Of a DNA stretch of 30,673 nucleotides, positions 1 through 10,602 are shown one piece after another; the first letter of the stretch is position 1, and every line of letters starts with the position of its first letter. Under the pieces are notes generated by a model. It was not told the origin of the DNA. It saw nothing but the letters and a program-made list of their open reading frames with translations, and did no database searches. The stretch lies in assembly GCA_003344405.1 (NCBI GenBank), contig NOWV01000246.1, positions 62,001 through 92,673 on the forward strand, written 5' to 3'. Both the position numbers and the translations under genes were made by a program. This stretch comes from Trichoplax sp. H2. Taxonomy: Eukaryota.

Positions 1-19
1 CTTACGCATTTCCGATAGC

Positions 20-470
20 TACATTTTAATAATAGCATAAATTATAGATTTTTCTGCTTTTCTAAATCTAAAAGATATTCAATCGGTAATCTATAAATTC
101 TTGCTTTCGATGCTTGAAATACATATAACACTACTGTAGTATTATCGTAGATACGTAGTGAAACTTTCTTTGTAGTATAGCACCGTATCTTAATGGTAGC
201 ATAGCTTTTAGATTCATTTTGCTTTCTAAAACTTAAAGTCACTCTATAGTTACAACCAGTCAGCACGCGATAAATACTTGATTTTAGCGTAGGAATAAAC
301 ATAACACTTCAGTATCATTATTGTAGTTGCGTGCCGGAGTATCAGACTATATGCTTAATATTTTAATAGCAATATAACTTGCAAATTCTTCTACTTTCCT
401 AAATCTTAAAGACATCTAATTCTTAGAATCAATCAATAGTCAGTAAATCCTTAGTTAGCAAGATTTCTGC
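20..470. repeat. Degenerate three-copy tandem repeat, period ~165-172 bp (probably intronic)
   Basis: Similar blocks at ~45 (tagatttttctgcttttctaaatctaaaagatattcaat), ~209 (tagattcattttgctttctaaaacttaaagtcactcta) and ~382 (caaattcttctactttcctaaatcttaaagacatctaat). Each is followed by a related 'taaat(t/a/c)ctt' segment. Confidence 0.5.
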
Positions 471-800
471 AAATTTTGTACTAAAGGTCGATACGATACT
501 GATGAACCGAGACAATAGGTAGCGGGATTGAGTATAGATAACGCTAGCAGACCGCTCTATCCAAATCGAAATTGTTATCTTATAGTTTAAATAATACAGC
601 CATAGTATAAGCTTGAAAGTTAAATCTATGCTAATATTTGAAGTAAGTCGAATTAATGAGTGATCAGAGAATTTATTTCTAGATATCTATCGTGCTGCAA
701 TAGGATTTAGTTTAGAATGCTTGCTGTCAAAGAAATCATAAAGGCTAAATGTTTTCTACTCTTCATTAACAACTTCCTTTGATATGCTTACCTGTATTAG

Positions 801-3800
801 GGTATTGTGAAAGAAGAAGGAAACTTTTTTGATATCCAAAAATTGAGCTCGAATGACATCAATTACATCGTCAACCAATTTATGAACGCGAATCAAAAGT
901 CTTTGACTTCAGAAATGCGGCAATTGCTAATCAGTAAATGTCAAGCTTGCCCATGGCCGGCTTACGTTAATACAGTTATGTTATTAAGTCTTACCTGGAA
1001 GTCATTTACTGATTTGAGTAACTGTAACATTCCTACCGCTATGAACGAATTGATTGCGATTATTATTGAAAACTTAGAGAAAAAGTATGGTAAAATTTTG
1101 ATGCAACGTTTATTAATTTATATTACTTTATCAAGAAAAGGTTTAACAGAAGCTGAATTGGAAGATATTTTATCCTGCGACGATGAAGTTTTGCGAGCAG
1201 TTTATCCAAATCGTGAACCAACAATTCATCGTATACCAACCTTGCTATGGATCAGAGTTCGAAATGAATTATCACCCTTTCTTGATGAAGCCTTCGCAGA
1301 CGGATTTTCCGTTTTGCGTTGGAAGTTTCGAAATTTTTCTGAAGTAATACGTAAAAGATACCTATCCAATGCAGACGATAAAATAGAACTGCATTCCGTA
1401 TTGGCAGATTACTTTTCCGATAAGTGGAAAGACGGTAAACCATTTGAACGCTTAGATAGAATCACTGTTTTAGCAAATCGCCTTATTATGACCCAACCAG
1501 CTATTTTATCGTTGAGAAATAATGATGTGTTTCAGCCAACATTTAACTTACGTAAATTAAGTGAATTACCATATCATTTATTATACGCTCAAAGATTTGA
1601 GCAATTGAAAGAGCTAATGTGCAACTTTTTATGGCTACTTAGCAAGTTAGCAGCGACATCTATACATCATGTGCTTAATGATTTTGATATGGCCATTAGC
1701 AGTATACCAGGTAGTCAGCAGGATTTAAAATTAGTAAGGGAAACGTTAATTATGTCATTAGTTGCTCTTAATGATGATCCTGCACAACTAGCATCCCAGC
1801 TAATTGGCCGATTAGCCACTAAATTCTCTAGTGAAGGTAATTCTTACGCCAATTACCGTTATGTTAATATGCTATTACAACAAGCAGCTGATCCTGCAGT
1901 TCCAAGTTTGATTCCTCCTATCCATTGCGCTTCGTTGACACCACCTGGTGGTTCGCTTAGTCAATTACTCTCTGGTCACACTGGATCTATCCTTGCATTA
2001 ACAGCTTCATCGAATGGCCATACTATATTTTCTGCCTCTTGGGATAAGACAATTAAACTATGGGATGCACGTACAGGATCATTAATAGGAACGATGGAAG
2101 GCTTAAGCACTATCAGAGAACAGCAATTGCGTAGTTTATCTAATTCGGCTAGTGAAGCTAGTGATTTAAGAGAAATTGTAAGTGGACTATCAACCAGCGC
2201 ATATAGCAAGCAACTGAATAAAATTTGGTCCGTTGGTAAACGCTTGAGTGATATGAAATTATGTTGTCAAGATCGATTTTTAGTTACTACATGTTGGAAT
2301 GTAGTTCAGTTGTGGCGTTTGGATCAAATGAAATGTGTAGTAGAATTTGCTTCGCATGATGATATCCAGCATCGAGCAGCTTGTGTTGCTAATGTAACTA
2401 ACAAGCAAGTATTGGTAACCTATGATGAAAGAGAAATGATCATTCATTTATGGAATATCGAAAAGTTTGGTCAATCTGTTCGCGATTTCAAGAGTAATTA
2501 TCATAACATGAATTCAAGTTGGAGAATATCTGGAGCTTACGAAAATTTAGTAATGTTTATTAATTCGCCACAAGCCGTAATGCATGTCTTTAATGTGTCT
2601 AACGGTGAGACAATGCATCGTGTTCAAATCCCTCCTGCCGCAATGTATCGCTCGTTAATCACAACAAATGGGAGAATACTTCTTACCAACGATACTGATG
2701 ATGCTGTCTCAGTTTGGGATGTCCGATCGGCTCAATGTCTTGGCGTCATTAAAGCAACGGAAGTCGATGAGTTATCATTTGATAATACCAGTTATGCCTT
2801 CCTGTCTACTAATAATAATTATTACATGATTACAAATTATTTGAAAAACAGCAATATCCATAAATATGATTTATCAACTTTGGAAAGGAGTCCATTTTCT
2901 AGTTTACCTGTTGATAATATTAGTACATTTGTATGCTCACCATCCTATGTGATTACAGCGGCGCACGCCGATCCAAGGATATTTGTTTGGGATACTAAAA
3001 GAGCTGAAACAACTGCTGCAACAGAATCAACATTCTGCCCCAATTGGATTCAATTGGTCCGAAATGATGAAGATTATGTAGTCGCTTATCAAAAGAGCAT
3101 GTCTTCTTTAACCATTTGGTATTATCCAACGTTTCGTTTGATCAGAACTTTAACGAATGTCAGCGAAAATATGTTTCATAAAGATGAATTAACCATCAAT
3201 AAGGATATCTTAGTTTTAAGGAAATTACGAGATTTAATCGTGTATGATTTTGAAAAGAATGTTATTGTCAACAACATTCGTGATGTAAGGGAAATTAGCG
3301 GTGATTTTCCTTACCTGACATCATATTCTGTCATTGGTGATGATCGCATAGCTATTTTGCCACGTTCTGATAAAGCCATGTATATTATCAAAGTAAAAAC
3401 CGGAGGTGTTGTTGCTCGATTACGTAAGGATGTTGAAGGTATTGAAAGCAAAGAAATTGTTGGCATGATGGTCAATCCACACAGGACTGTTGCTGTTTTA
3501 TTTGTTCAGTTTGAGATGCCCTATTTTACAGAATTGATTGTATGGAATTTTCGAACATTTCATTCCACCATTTTCCATTTTGATCACAAAGAGCAGCGTT
3601 ATAGCGAATTTACTATGTCATGTCTAAGTCCAGATGGGCAATATTTAGCCTATAGAATGGAAAATCGCATGTACGTTAATTTATTATGCTTAACTGAGGG
3701 CAAAGTCAAAGCAAAACTCTTTTGCAACGCTGATGTTCGAGCTATTAATATGACATCGGATAAGTTAATCATTAGCTATGGTAGTTCAGGCAGTATTGGC

Positions 3801-4184
3801 ATCTGGAATTTAGTACTTGAGCGTTGGGTCCACACGCTTGCCGGGCATGTTTCCGGCATAAGTAGAATTGTACTTACACCGGATTGTAGAATATGTGTCA
3901 CTGTCGCCGATGGACTAGATTGCTCTGTCCGTATGTGGGATGTTATAAAGCATAAGCAACTATCAGTTTTTACATCTGATGTTAAAATTTTCCAAGACAA
4001 CATTGTTTTAAATAATGAAGGGAATTGTATTATTCTCCATATGCCCGGTATGGGTTCAATTATGACTTTGAGATTGGTATCACCAGATTCGTCGGAAAAT
4101 AAAACAGTCGCCATAGATGATTCTTTTTCAACGGACGCTGCCAAGGAAAGTAAAGTCATCGATGCTTCTGTTGCTATAAGCTAG
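801..4184 (+). CDS. Terminal coding exon of a NACHT- and WD40-repeat protein (NWD1/NWD2-like STAND protein); 5' exons with the NACHT P-loop not seen in window
   Basis: 1125-aa ORF. The acceptor 'cctgtattag|GGT ATT GTG' (AG 799-800) is in frame, so the GTG at 807 is not a true start. Post-NACHT motifs typical of NWD1/NWD2: LSRKGLTEAELEDILSCDDEVL, RIPTLLWIRVRNELSPFL, FNLRKLSELPYHL. WD40 repeats follow, e.g. LSGHTGSILAL...SASWDKTIKLWD and LAGHVSGISRI...DCSVRMWD. Stop TAG 4182-4184. Confidence 0.88.
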   Translation, partial: GIVKEEGNFFDIQKLSSNDINYIVNQFMNANQKSLTSEMRQLLISKCQACPWPAYVNTVMLLSLTWKSFTDLSNCNIPTAMNELIAIIIENLEKKYGKILMQRLLIYITLSRKGLTEAELEDILSCDDEVLRAVYPNREPTIHRIPTLLWIRVRNELSPFLDEAFADGFSVLRWKFRNFSEVIRKRYLSNADDKIELHSVLADYFSDKWKDGKPFERLDRITVLANRLIMTQPAILSLRNNDVFQPTFNLRKLSELPYHLLYAQRFEQLKELMCNFLWLLSKLAATSIHHVLNDFDMAISSIPGSQQDLKLVRETLIMSLVALNDDPAQLASQLIGRLATKFSSEGNSYANYRYVNMLLQQAADPAVPSLIPPIHCASLTPPGGSLSQLLSGHTGSILALTASSNGHTIFSASWDKTIKLWDARTGSLIGTMEGLSTIREQQLRSLSNSASEASDLREIVSGLSTSAYSKQLNKIWSVGKRLSDMKLCCQDRFLVTTCWNVVQLWRLDQMKCVVEFASHDDIQHRAACVANVTNKQVLVTYDEREMIIHLWNIEKFGQSVRDFKSNYHNMNSSWRISGAYENLVMFINSPQAVMHVFNVSNGETMHRVQIPPAAMYRSLITTNGRILLTNDTDDAVSVWDVRSAQCLGVIKATEVDELSFDNTSYAFLSTNNNYYMITNYLKNSNIHKYDLSTLERSPFSSLPVDNISTFVCSPSYVITAAHADPRIFVWDTKRAETTAATESTFCPNWIQLVRNDEDYVVAYQKSMSSLTIWYYPTFRLIRTLTNVSENMFHKDELTINKDILVLRKLRDLIVYDFEKNVIVNNIRDVREISGDFPYLTSYSVIGDDRIAILPRSDKAMYIIKVKTGGVVARLRKDVEGIESKEIVGMMVNPHRTVAVLFVQFEMPYFTELIVWNFRTFHSTIFHFDHKEQRYSEFTMSCLSPDGQYLAYRMENRMYVNLLCLTEGKVKAKLFCNADVRAINMTSDKLIISYGSSGSIGIWNLVLERWVHTLAGHVSGISRIVLTPDCRICVTVADGLDCSVRMWDVIKHKQLSVFTSDVKIFQDNIVLNNEGNCIILHMPGMGSIMTLRLVSPDSSENKTVAIDDSFSTDAAKESKVIDASVAIS

Positions 4185-4190
4185 AATAAA
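4185..4190 (+). promoter_or_regulatory. Candidate polyadenylation signal directly after the NWD-like stop codon
   Basis: Sequence reads c-TAG-AATAAA; the hexamer abuts the stop. Usage not verifiable. Confidence 0.4.
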
Positions 4191-4230
4191 CGTACTTTGG
4201 TTATATAGCGTATCCTGTATTGAACTCGGT

Positions 4231-4528
4231 ATCATTTACTATATTAGCCTTGAATGGCTTCATGCTCAAAACCCATTCTATGTAATATACTCCCTAAGTG
4301 CCTTGATTTTAAGGGATAAACAATGTCTATTGATATCCCGTTTTTTAAATTTGCTATCAATAATTATATATATGCATACTTTCCATCATTGACTATATTA
4401 GCCTTGAATGGCTTCATGCTCAAAACCCATTCTATGTAATATACTCCCTAAATGCCTTGATTTTAAGGGATAAACAGTGTCTATTGGTATCCGTTTTTTT
4501 TTAAATTCGCTATCAATAATTATATATA
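4231..4528. repeat. Recent two-copy tandem duplication, period 154 bp
   Basis: 4231-4372 and 4385-4528 are near-identical (atcatt.actatattagccttgaatggcttcatgctcaaaacccattctatgtaatatactcccta...gctatcaataattatatata). They differ by a few substitutions and the length of a T-run. Confidence 0.95.
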
Positions 4529-5783
4529 CTGTAAAAATATAGCAGCAGTAATACAGAACAACAGTTGTTAAAATACACTGTAATACTGCACGATAATCGC
4601 ATACGTGTATACCGTAACGTATAGGCGCGTATATTAGATAGTTTTACTAATAAACATGATTTTAAGGCAATATCAGTTGCGAAATCCTAGTATTACTGTG
4701 CTTGATTAAATAGCGGCCAAAACATGAATGTTGTCTTAGCTTGTGGATACTGCAAAGTAGTATCTCAAAAAGATTCACGTAAAATGACAGAATTTGTGAT
4801 TGCTCTATTTCATTAAAATTTGACCAATAGTTAATCAATTAATCAGAGCATCAATGATTTATTAATGAATGCGTTCAAAAATATGCAATACAGTACAATG
4901 TGTATTCTGTTCAATGACACGTATGGACGCAGATTGTTGAATACACAACGATAATTAGCAGAGTTTATTATTATTTTCCGCTGCAAAGTTCAATAACTAC
5001 AATCATACCTACTATTGCACAGATCAGTTCTGCTAGCACTCTACAGTTTTGACTAGCAGTTAAGGATCTACTTTTGTAAGATAGATTTGTATAATAATAG
5101 ACGCTTAAACTTGATAGTGAACCGGATCAATATTGTAGCCTAGTGATGTTTCTTATCGTGTAGTTGAATTAGAATCTTTTAGATGATTTAATATACAGTA
5201 ATACACGAAGGAGTATTGTACCTACTCTTTCTTGGTACCAATGGTCTATTTTTCCCATTTTTTATTACCGATATATGATTTTGTGTATGATAATGTTAAC
5301 TTATTGACTAAATGAACTATTTCTTGTTTTGGATAATAAATTGGTCATAAATTTGTTTAAATTATTTTGAGGCGTCTCGATCAGAATGATATGAAAGTTA
5401 TCGCTACCATAAAAATACGTAAATCATTAAAATTTACTGCCAGCCGCAATATTTTAAGTCATTGGCAACGCGGTGCATCATTGCGCTTAGAAGCTTACTC
5501 GTATCATGAAAACTGCTGCAGTACTGTATATTTGTTCGTTAATTTTACCATATCTCTCAGATATTTTCGCTGAAAGGGATATCATCACTGGTGATGACTT
5601 TTCGTGGTGTATTATTGCGCTTATAAATTTATTATTAATACTGCATGATGGGCTTTACTTGAAGAAAAGTAATACTAAAGTTTCAGTACACTATCCGTTA
5701 ACTTTGGTAAGATTTCAGCCATTCTCAGCGATGGGTAATGTGCAAGAAAGCGAATGAGGAGACTGTTGTGCCAAAGAGCGTCA

Positions 5784-5794
5784 GGGGCGGGAAA
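5784..5794 (+). promoter_or_regulatory. Overlapping GC-box (GGGGCGGG) and E2F-like site (GGCGGGAAA) in a locally CpG-richer patch
   Basis: Exact motif match within tcaggggcgggaaatatcacgtaacggaaatcgcacg in an otherwise AT-rich background. Function is inferred only. Confidence 0.3.
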
Positions 5795-5849
5795 TATCAC
5801 GTAACGGAAATCGCACGTAGCAAACCATTATGACAGGAATGAAGTGATA

Positions 5850-5904
5850 ACTACAGTATACAGTACACGTACTGTACTCGGTGTACAGTATACTGTACTG
5901 TAGT
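5850..5904. repeat. Cluster of nested palindromes built from TACAGTA/TACTGTA
   Basis: tacagtac-ac-gtactgta (5859-5876), perfect 16-bp palindrome gtacagtatactgtac (5883-5898), outer arms actacagta (5850-5858) / tactgtagt (5896-5904). Confidence 0.8.
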
Positions 5905-5959
5905 GCATACGCGCAAATACTTGCCCTGTTACTGTAATGAATCAGCAGCGTCAAAAGCT

Positions 5960-7000
5960 ATGGTGTCTTCTACTTGGATTTTTCTGGCCTTCTTAGCGAA
6001 ATTTCTTAGAGTAATCCACCTTCTACATCAAGTATAAAGCGACGGATAATCACTACTGTCACTATTAAGATATTTTTACTACATTTGTATTTTTACAGGC
6101 TTTTATGTTAGGAAATTTTCGAAATGTACCATTCTCCACCACCTGTATCAGGCCAAAAGCCCGTAAAAGGCGTTCGGTAAAACATTGTCTTGACGATAAA
6201 GAAGTGTTTCACCACGCTTGGAATTTTCATCTTCCTGGCTTTCATAGCAGAAATTTAGATCAATATGTGTTCGTCATTCTTTTACGCTTATCGGCTTTCT
6301 ATGTCAAGCAAAGAGCTCGTAAACTGTCTAGCATAGCATGCATTGCTTTCGCCGTACAGTTATTTTCACTTCCATGATGAAAGCATTTTGTCATTCGAAC
6401 CGATACTCATCCCACCTCGTACTTTCACTTGGATTTTGGACAGCCTCTAAGGAAAATTAAATTAGTCAACTTTCGACATCCACAAACAAAGGGCCTTCAT
6501 AAAGCTGCTGGCAATTGATCTTACCGTAGAGGTATTTTTTTTTCCTCACTCGAATTCTTCATAGGCTGTAATGGTGGAAATTTGGATCTAAATATCCGAA
6601 ATTCTTGAAGCTAATCAACTTTCTACATCAAGCAAGAGAGCTCAGAAAGCGACCCACAAACGTACTTCTCTCAGCTTCGCACTATAGAATTTTTTTGTCA
6701 CCTTATCTTATGAAAGCAATATGTCAGCTATGTCGATATTCATTGCACCTCTGACTTCCGCTTGGATTTCTCACAGCCTTTCATAAAGCGGCCTGCGGTC
6801 AGCCAGGCCTATGGAGTCACGCCTGGCAGAATTCAAGCCATGAAAGTGTAGGGACTGTACCTTTATGGTGAAGTATACTCTTTGCCAGGTGTAGCGATAC
6901 CCGTCAATAATAAAATGTGCTTTTCATTGCGCCTCTGGTTTCAATTGGATATTTCACAGGCATTAACAGTGGGAAATTTTTCAAGCTAATCAATTTGCTA
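5960..7000 (+). pseudogene. Degenerate repeat array, possibly a decayed repetitive coding sequence
   Basis: Recurrent 'ttggat(t/a/c)' blocks at ~5974, 6429, 6582, 6762 and 6945, and 'aatt..(gc)taatcaactttctacatcaagc'-like blocks at ~6000, 6285, 6455, 6600 and 6975. Translations on + give FYLDFSG, FHLDFGQP and FRLDFSQP but are broken by stops and indels. Confidence 0.35.
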
Positions 7001-8683
7001 CTATGCTACTATGCGGACTGGACCGGAAAAGAGCTAATTACTGTAGATTATATATATCGTCATGAGTATCGATTTCGCTCAATCGTAGATTGATAGCAGT
7101 CAATAAAATGCTGTTTTGCACGAATGACAGCACTTAATTCAAAGGAACGATTGCATGCAGTATTTCAGGAAGCAACTCCTTTCACTTGTTCTTGCTTTGG
7201 CGTGATAAAGCAAGGATCATGACTAGTCACGTAATGATATAGCATCATCAGCAAAATAGGTATGCATACGCAAGTAAATACAGACTTCTTATATTGGAGT
7301 GGGCATAAAGTTGTCGTTTTACAGTTTCATTTAATTTGTACTAGTATTTTTGCTAGGAAGGTTTATGAAAAAAGAAGTGGCAACTCAACCATTTTTTTTC
7401 GCGGTTGAAATTAAAGTGTCTATCTATACAAGAATTAGGAATGCACATACAACGCACCATTTAGACCACGCTACGAAATCGTTATGTTTCAGTAGGAAAA
7501 GAGGACAAGGTACAGTACCATGGCTTAAGGTTAAGTAAGTAGAAATTCATACCTGTATAATCAGACAGTAACTGCTAATGAAGGAACATACATACATACG
7601 AGTAATAACATCCCTTTCGCTGTAGCATTGTAGCGATTGGCGGTTGTATAGTACATGACTTAAAAATTCTTCGTAGAAAGCAACATTCATCGCAATATCA
7701 TAAGATTTCTCCCGTAATATTGTATATAGTTGCAAATCTAGTGACATCAAATTAGTGTAAAAATCTCATTGTACCCCATGTTAGTAAGAACGTTCCATCG
7801 TAGTCAAAGTGATAGCATAATCAGTAACACAACAAGACAAAAAATGAAGAAAGGTTTGGATGGAGATTATCCTAACCCTAATCTACGACCTTGTTGCATT
7901 ATTGACTTGAAATGAATGATGACTACGGTTAAATTAGAATTTTAATGCAGGCGACGTGTGTCATTTTATTACGAACTGGGTCAGTAATCAGTTAACTTGC
8001 TGATCACTACTCTATTATTAAGATATCACCTTCAAGTCAATTCGACCTAGAAATGGAATTGGATATTTCCGGTGATTATCGCGCTTATTTCTACTGAATA
8101 AACCATTCGCTTCAGTTAAAGAATCCAACGATTACCTTGAATCAACAATACTGATCATATTGCAATTACATTAAGATGGTTCCTTTTATTGGTTGGATAA
8201 TCATAATTAACTAATCAGATATGACTATTTAGATCATGACGTATATTGACTTAACGGAATGGTTATAATCCACAGTTGAACACCATTCATTTCATTGATT
8301 TCGCAGCCGTAACTAGGAAATCATCGATTTAAAACGTGATAACTTGAATTAATGACTTATCAGTGCAATCTACGAAAAACTGGATACTTTAAGATTTTAC
8401 AGTGAGATATAAAGCTTATAGTGCATGCCATGTCTTCAAATGGCTATGCATCCGTAACTTATGAAAAGACAAGGCACAATTACAGCACTTTGATTATGTT
8501 TACTTCTGAACCAATGTGTTCTACAGTAGTATAGCTTAAAATAACTCCTAATTTAGGCTTTTCATTCTAGTATCAAATAGTAGTTGTTTAAATTTGCTAG
8601 TAAAAATTGAGTACAATACTTTATGATTGATAACCGTTAGCGAACTTTGGTATATGGTATAACTAAGCCAGAATAGAATTTAA

Positions 8684-8689
8684 TTTATT
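8684..8689 (-). promoter_or_regulatory. Candidate poly(A) signal of the non-canonical L1-like gene
   Basis: AATAAA on the minus strand (tttatt on +), about 375 nt downstream of the stop at 9063. Confidence 0.35.
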
Positions 8690-9062
8690 CAACTACAACA
8701 GTCAGATTGGATCTACAAATGCAGATTAGTAGTGCTTGTTATCTTAAATGTTGATTAACGACATTTACATCCATGAACTACGTAAGTATTGACTCATATG
8801 TTAGTACGCACGCAAGCTTACAGTTTGCTGATTTAAACTGAACTGCCTGCAAATAGATAAAGAGTTGTACCCATAAATTATAGCCCTGAATACACTGATA
8901 AGTATTTCTGGAACTATCAAATCTTACTGTGCGATCTTGACTATCATATTACAATTGTACAATGTTAACGAAGAGAAATAAAAATATAAAGCATTCATCA
9001 ACAAATAAGTACACTGCAGTCATTAACCTTTTACCATCGAACCTTAAAATATAAATTAAGAC

Positions 9063-10054
9063 TTACGCGATGTTAATGTTATAACGTTTGCTTTCTATAT
9101 CGCTATCGTTAAAGCAGTTATTGTTTTTATTGTTATTATTATTATTATTATTTTTTTCTTTTTCCAAACTATCGGAACAATAAACTATAGCAGTATTGCC
9201 TGAGCATGTGTAAAATACAGAATTTTCCATCTTGTTGACATTTTTCATGGCTACGTTGGTTAACTTTGCCTTAGTGCTTGATTCGTTCCTCTTAATTGTG
9301 ATCGTATAACCAGCTGAATCTTGTGTTTTATCCTTGGAATTTTTTGATTCATTGGTAGTGGTCTGTCGTTGTTTGTAATTCATGACAGCGATGGCGATAA
9401 TAAGAATGATCAGAGAACATACGCAAGTGACCACAACAATAAACCAGGGCTGGTTATAAAATTGGATGGAAGCCTTTGTCACTTTTATGGATGTCGTTTG
9501 AATGGATAGAGTACTACTGGCTTTACTGTTCGCTTTGGGGCCTTTAGTTATTAATTGTACATCGTAAAGAGTATTGGACGATAAATTGGTTAATTCGATC
9601 TGGCGACTTTTAGCCGGAATGTTATCGTCGTAAATATCAAATTTAGATGAAATGGATTCTTTATATTCTAGAATAAACCCCATTACATCAGATTCCTGTA
9701 CCTGCCACGCTAGTAGTGCTGTATGTTGTGATATATTAACAACTTCTAGGTTAAATGGCGAGGAAGGAATGATTGATCGAGTCACAGCTATGACCGAAAT
9801 TGGTACACCCCCACCGTTTTTGTTACTTGCTGCAACTGTAAATCTGTATTTACCATCAATGAAAGGTCTTGATAGCAATAGAGAGGTTAAGTTGCCATCA
9901 TGAATGTGTATTTGCCATTCATCGGTACGATGTACTGCTAATCCATACGATATAGTATAACTGGTAACGAAGCTGTCTACGACAATTGGAGGTTGCCAAG
10001 TAAGTTGAATTGTACCAATATTGATCTCTTTCGCTTGTAATTGTTGGACTGGCC
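9063..10054 (-). CDS. L1-family-like IgSF adhesion protein, non-canonical paralog; coding exon 3 (FN3-4, FN3-5, TM, divergent cytoplasmic tail)
   Basis: Acceptor 'gcctttag|GG' (AG 10056-10055), phase 1, gives DPVP-G-PVQQL. Two FN3 domains (LTWQPP...YRFTVAASNKNGGG; LAWQV...YDVQLIT). TM FYNQPWFIVVVTCVCSLIILIIAIAV. The ~105-aa tail has no FIGxY. Stop TAA. Confidence 0.9.
9119..9154 (-). repeat. (AAT/AAC)n microsatellite encoding poly-Asn in the cytoplasmic tail
   Basis: The + strand reads ttattgtttttattgttattattattattattattt, translated as NNNNNNNNKNNN. Confidence 0.8.
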
Positions 10055-10164
10055 CTAAAGGCAGCACATTGAATGATAAATTGCTTGTTTTAATTAAAAT
10101 AAAACTATAATCAAGTATGTTTGATACAAGATCGGTAATTATTGTGTAACTATGATTATTTTAC

Positions 10165-10351
10165 CTGGAACAGGATCGGAAAGAATCAGAGAAGATTGCA
10201 AATATGTTTTGCTATCGCCACCTTCATTGAATGCATTAATTCGGTAATTATAACTCTTACCAGCATCTAAGTTTTCCAATAATATAGTGCTCCGATGATA
10301 CAGAGTTTTAGTTGTCCTGTTTATAGCGTCATCGTGATCTATTAATTCCAC
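10165..10351 (-). CDS. Non-canonical L1-like paralog; coding exon 2 (second half of FN3-3)
   Basis: Acceptor 'aaacatag|GTG' (AG 10353-10352), donor 'CCA G|gtaaaa' (GT 10164-10163). 187 bp, phases 0/1. Encodes VELIDH...LENLDAGKSYNYRINAFNEGGDS...DPVP. Confidence 0.9.
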
Positions 10352-10602
10352 CTATGTTTGCGACGAAAAAGTAATATAGAACAGAATTACAATCTAATTT
10401 CCGTCGTAATTTAATCTACTTCTATTTCTTAGGTAACAGTGATAATCTTACCGTCAAAATGTGATCACATAAATTGATAACTCAGTATTTCTTAGATTGA
10501 CTGAGACTAGCATTAAGATACAGTATTGGCTAATATTTTACAGTAGGAGGGTTACATAATTGTTATAATGGTCAGATCGCAATGCATCATAGTTTTACTT
10601 AC

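Noticed and set aside
2178..2283. Possible cryptic intron from GTAAGT at 2178 within the NWD-like exon
   Set aside because: The nearest good acceptors (2271, 2283) give 94 or 106 bp, both frameshifting, while the ORF is continuous.
1252..4159. Antisense ORFs inside the NWD-like exon (1252-1443, 1976-2209, 3776-4159)
   Set aside because: Shadow ORFs of a long coding exon, with no recognisable domains.
6720..6800. TPR-like reading on - (PLYERL*EIQAEVRG...DIAD)
   Set aside because: Contains a stop and is not reproduced convincingly in other copies; the + strand frame explains the substitutions better.
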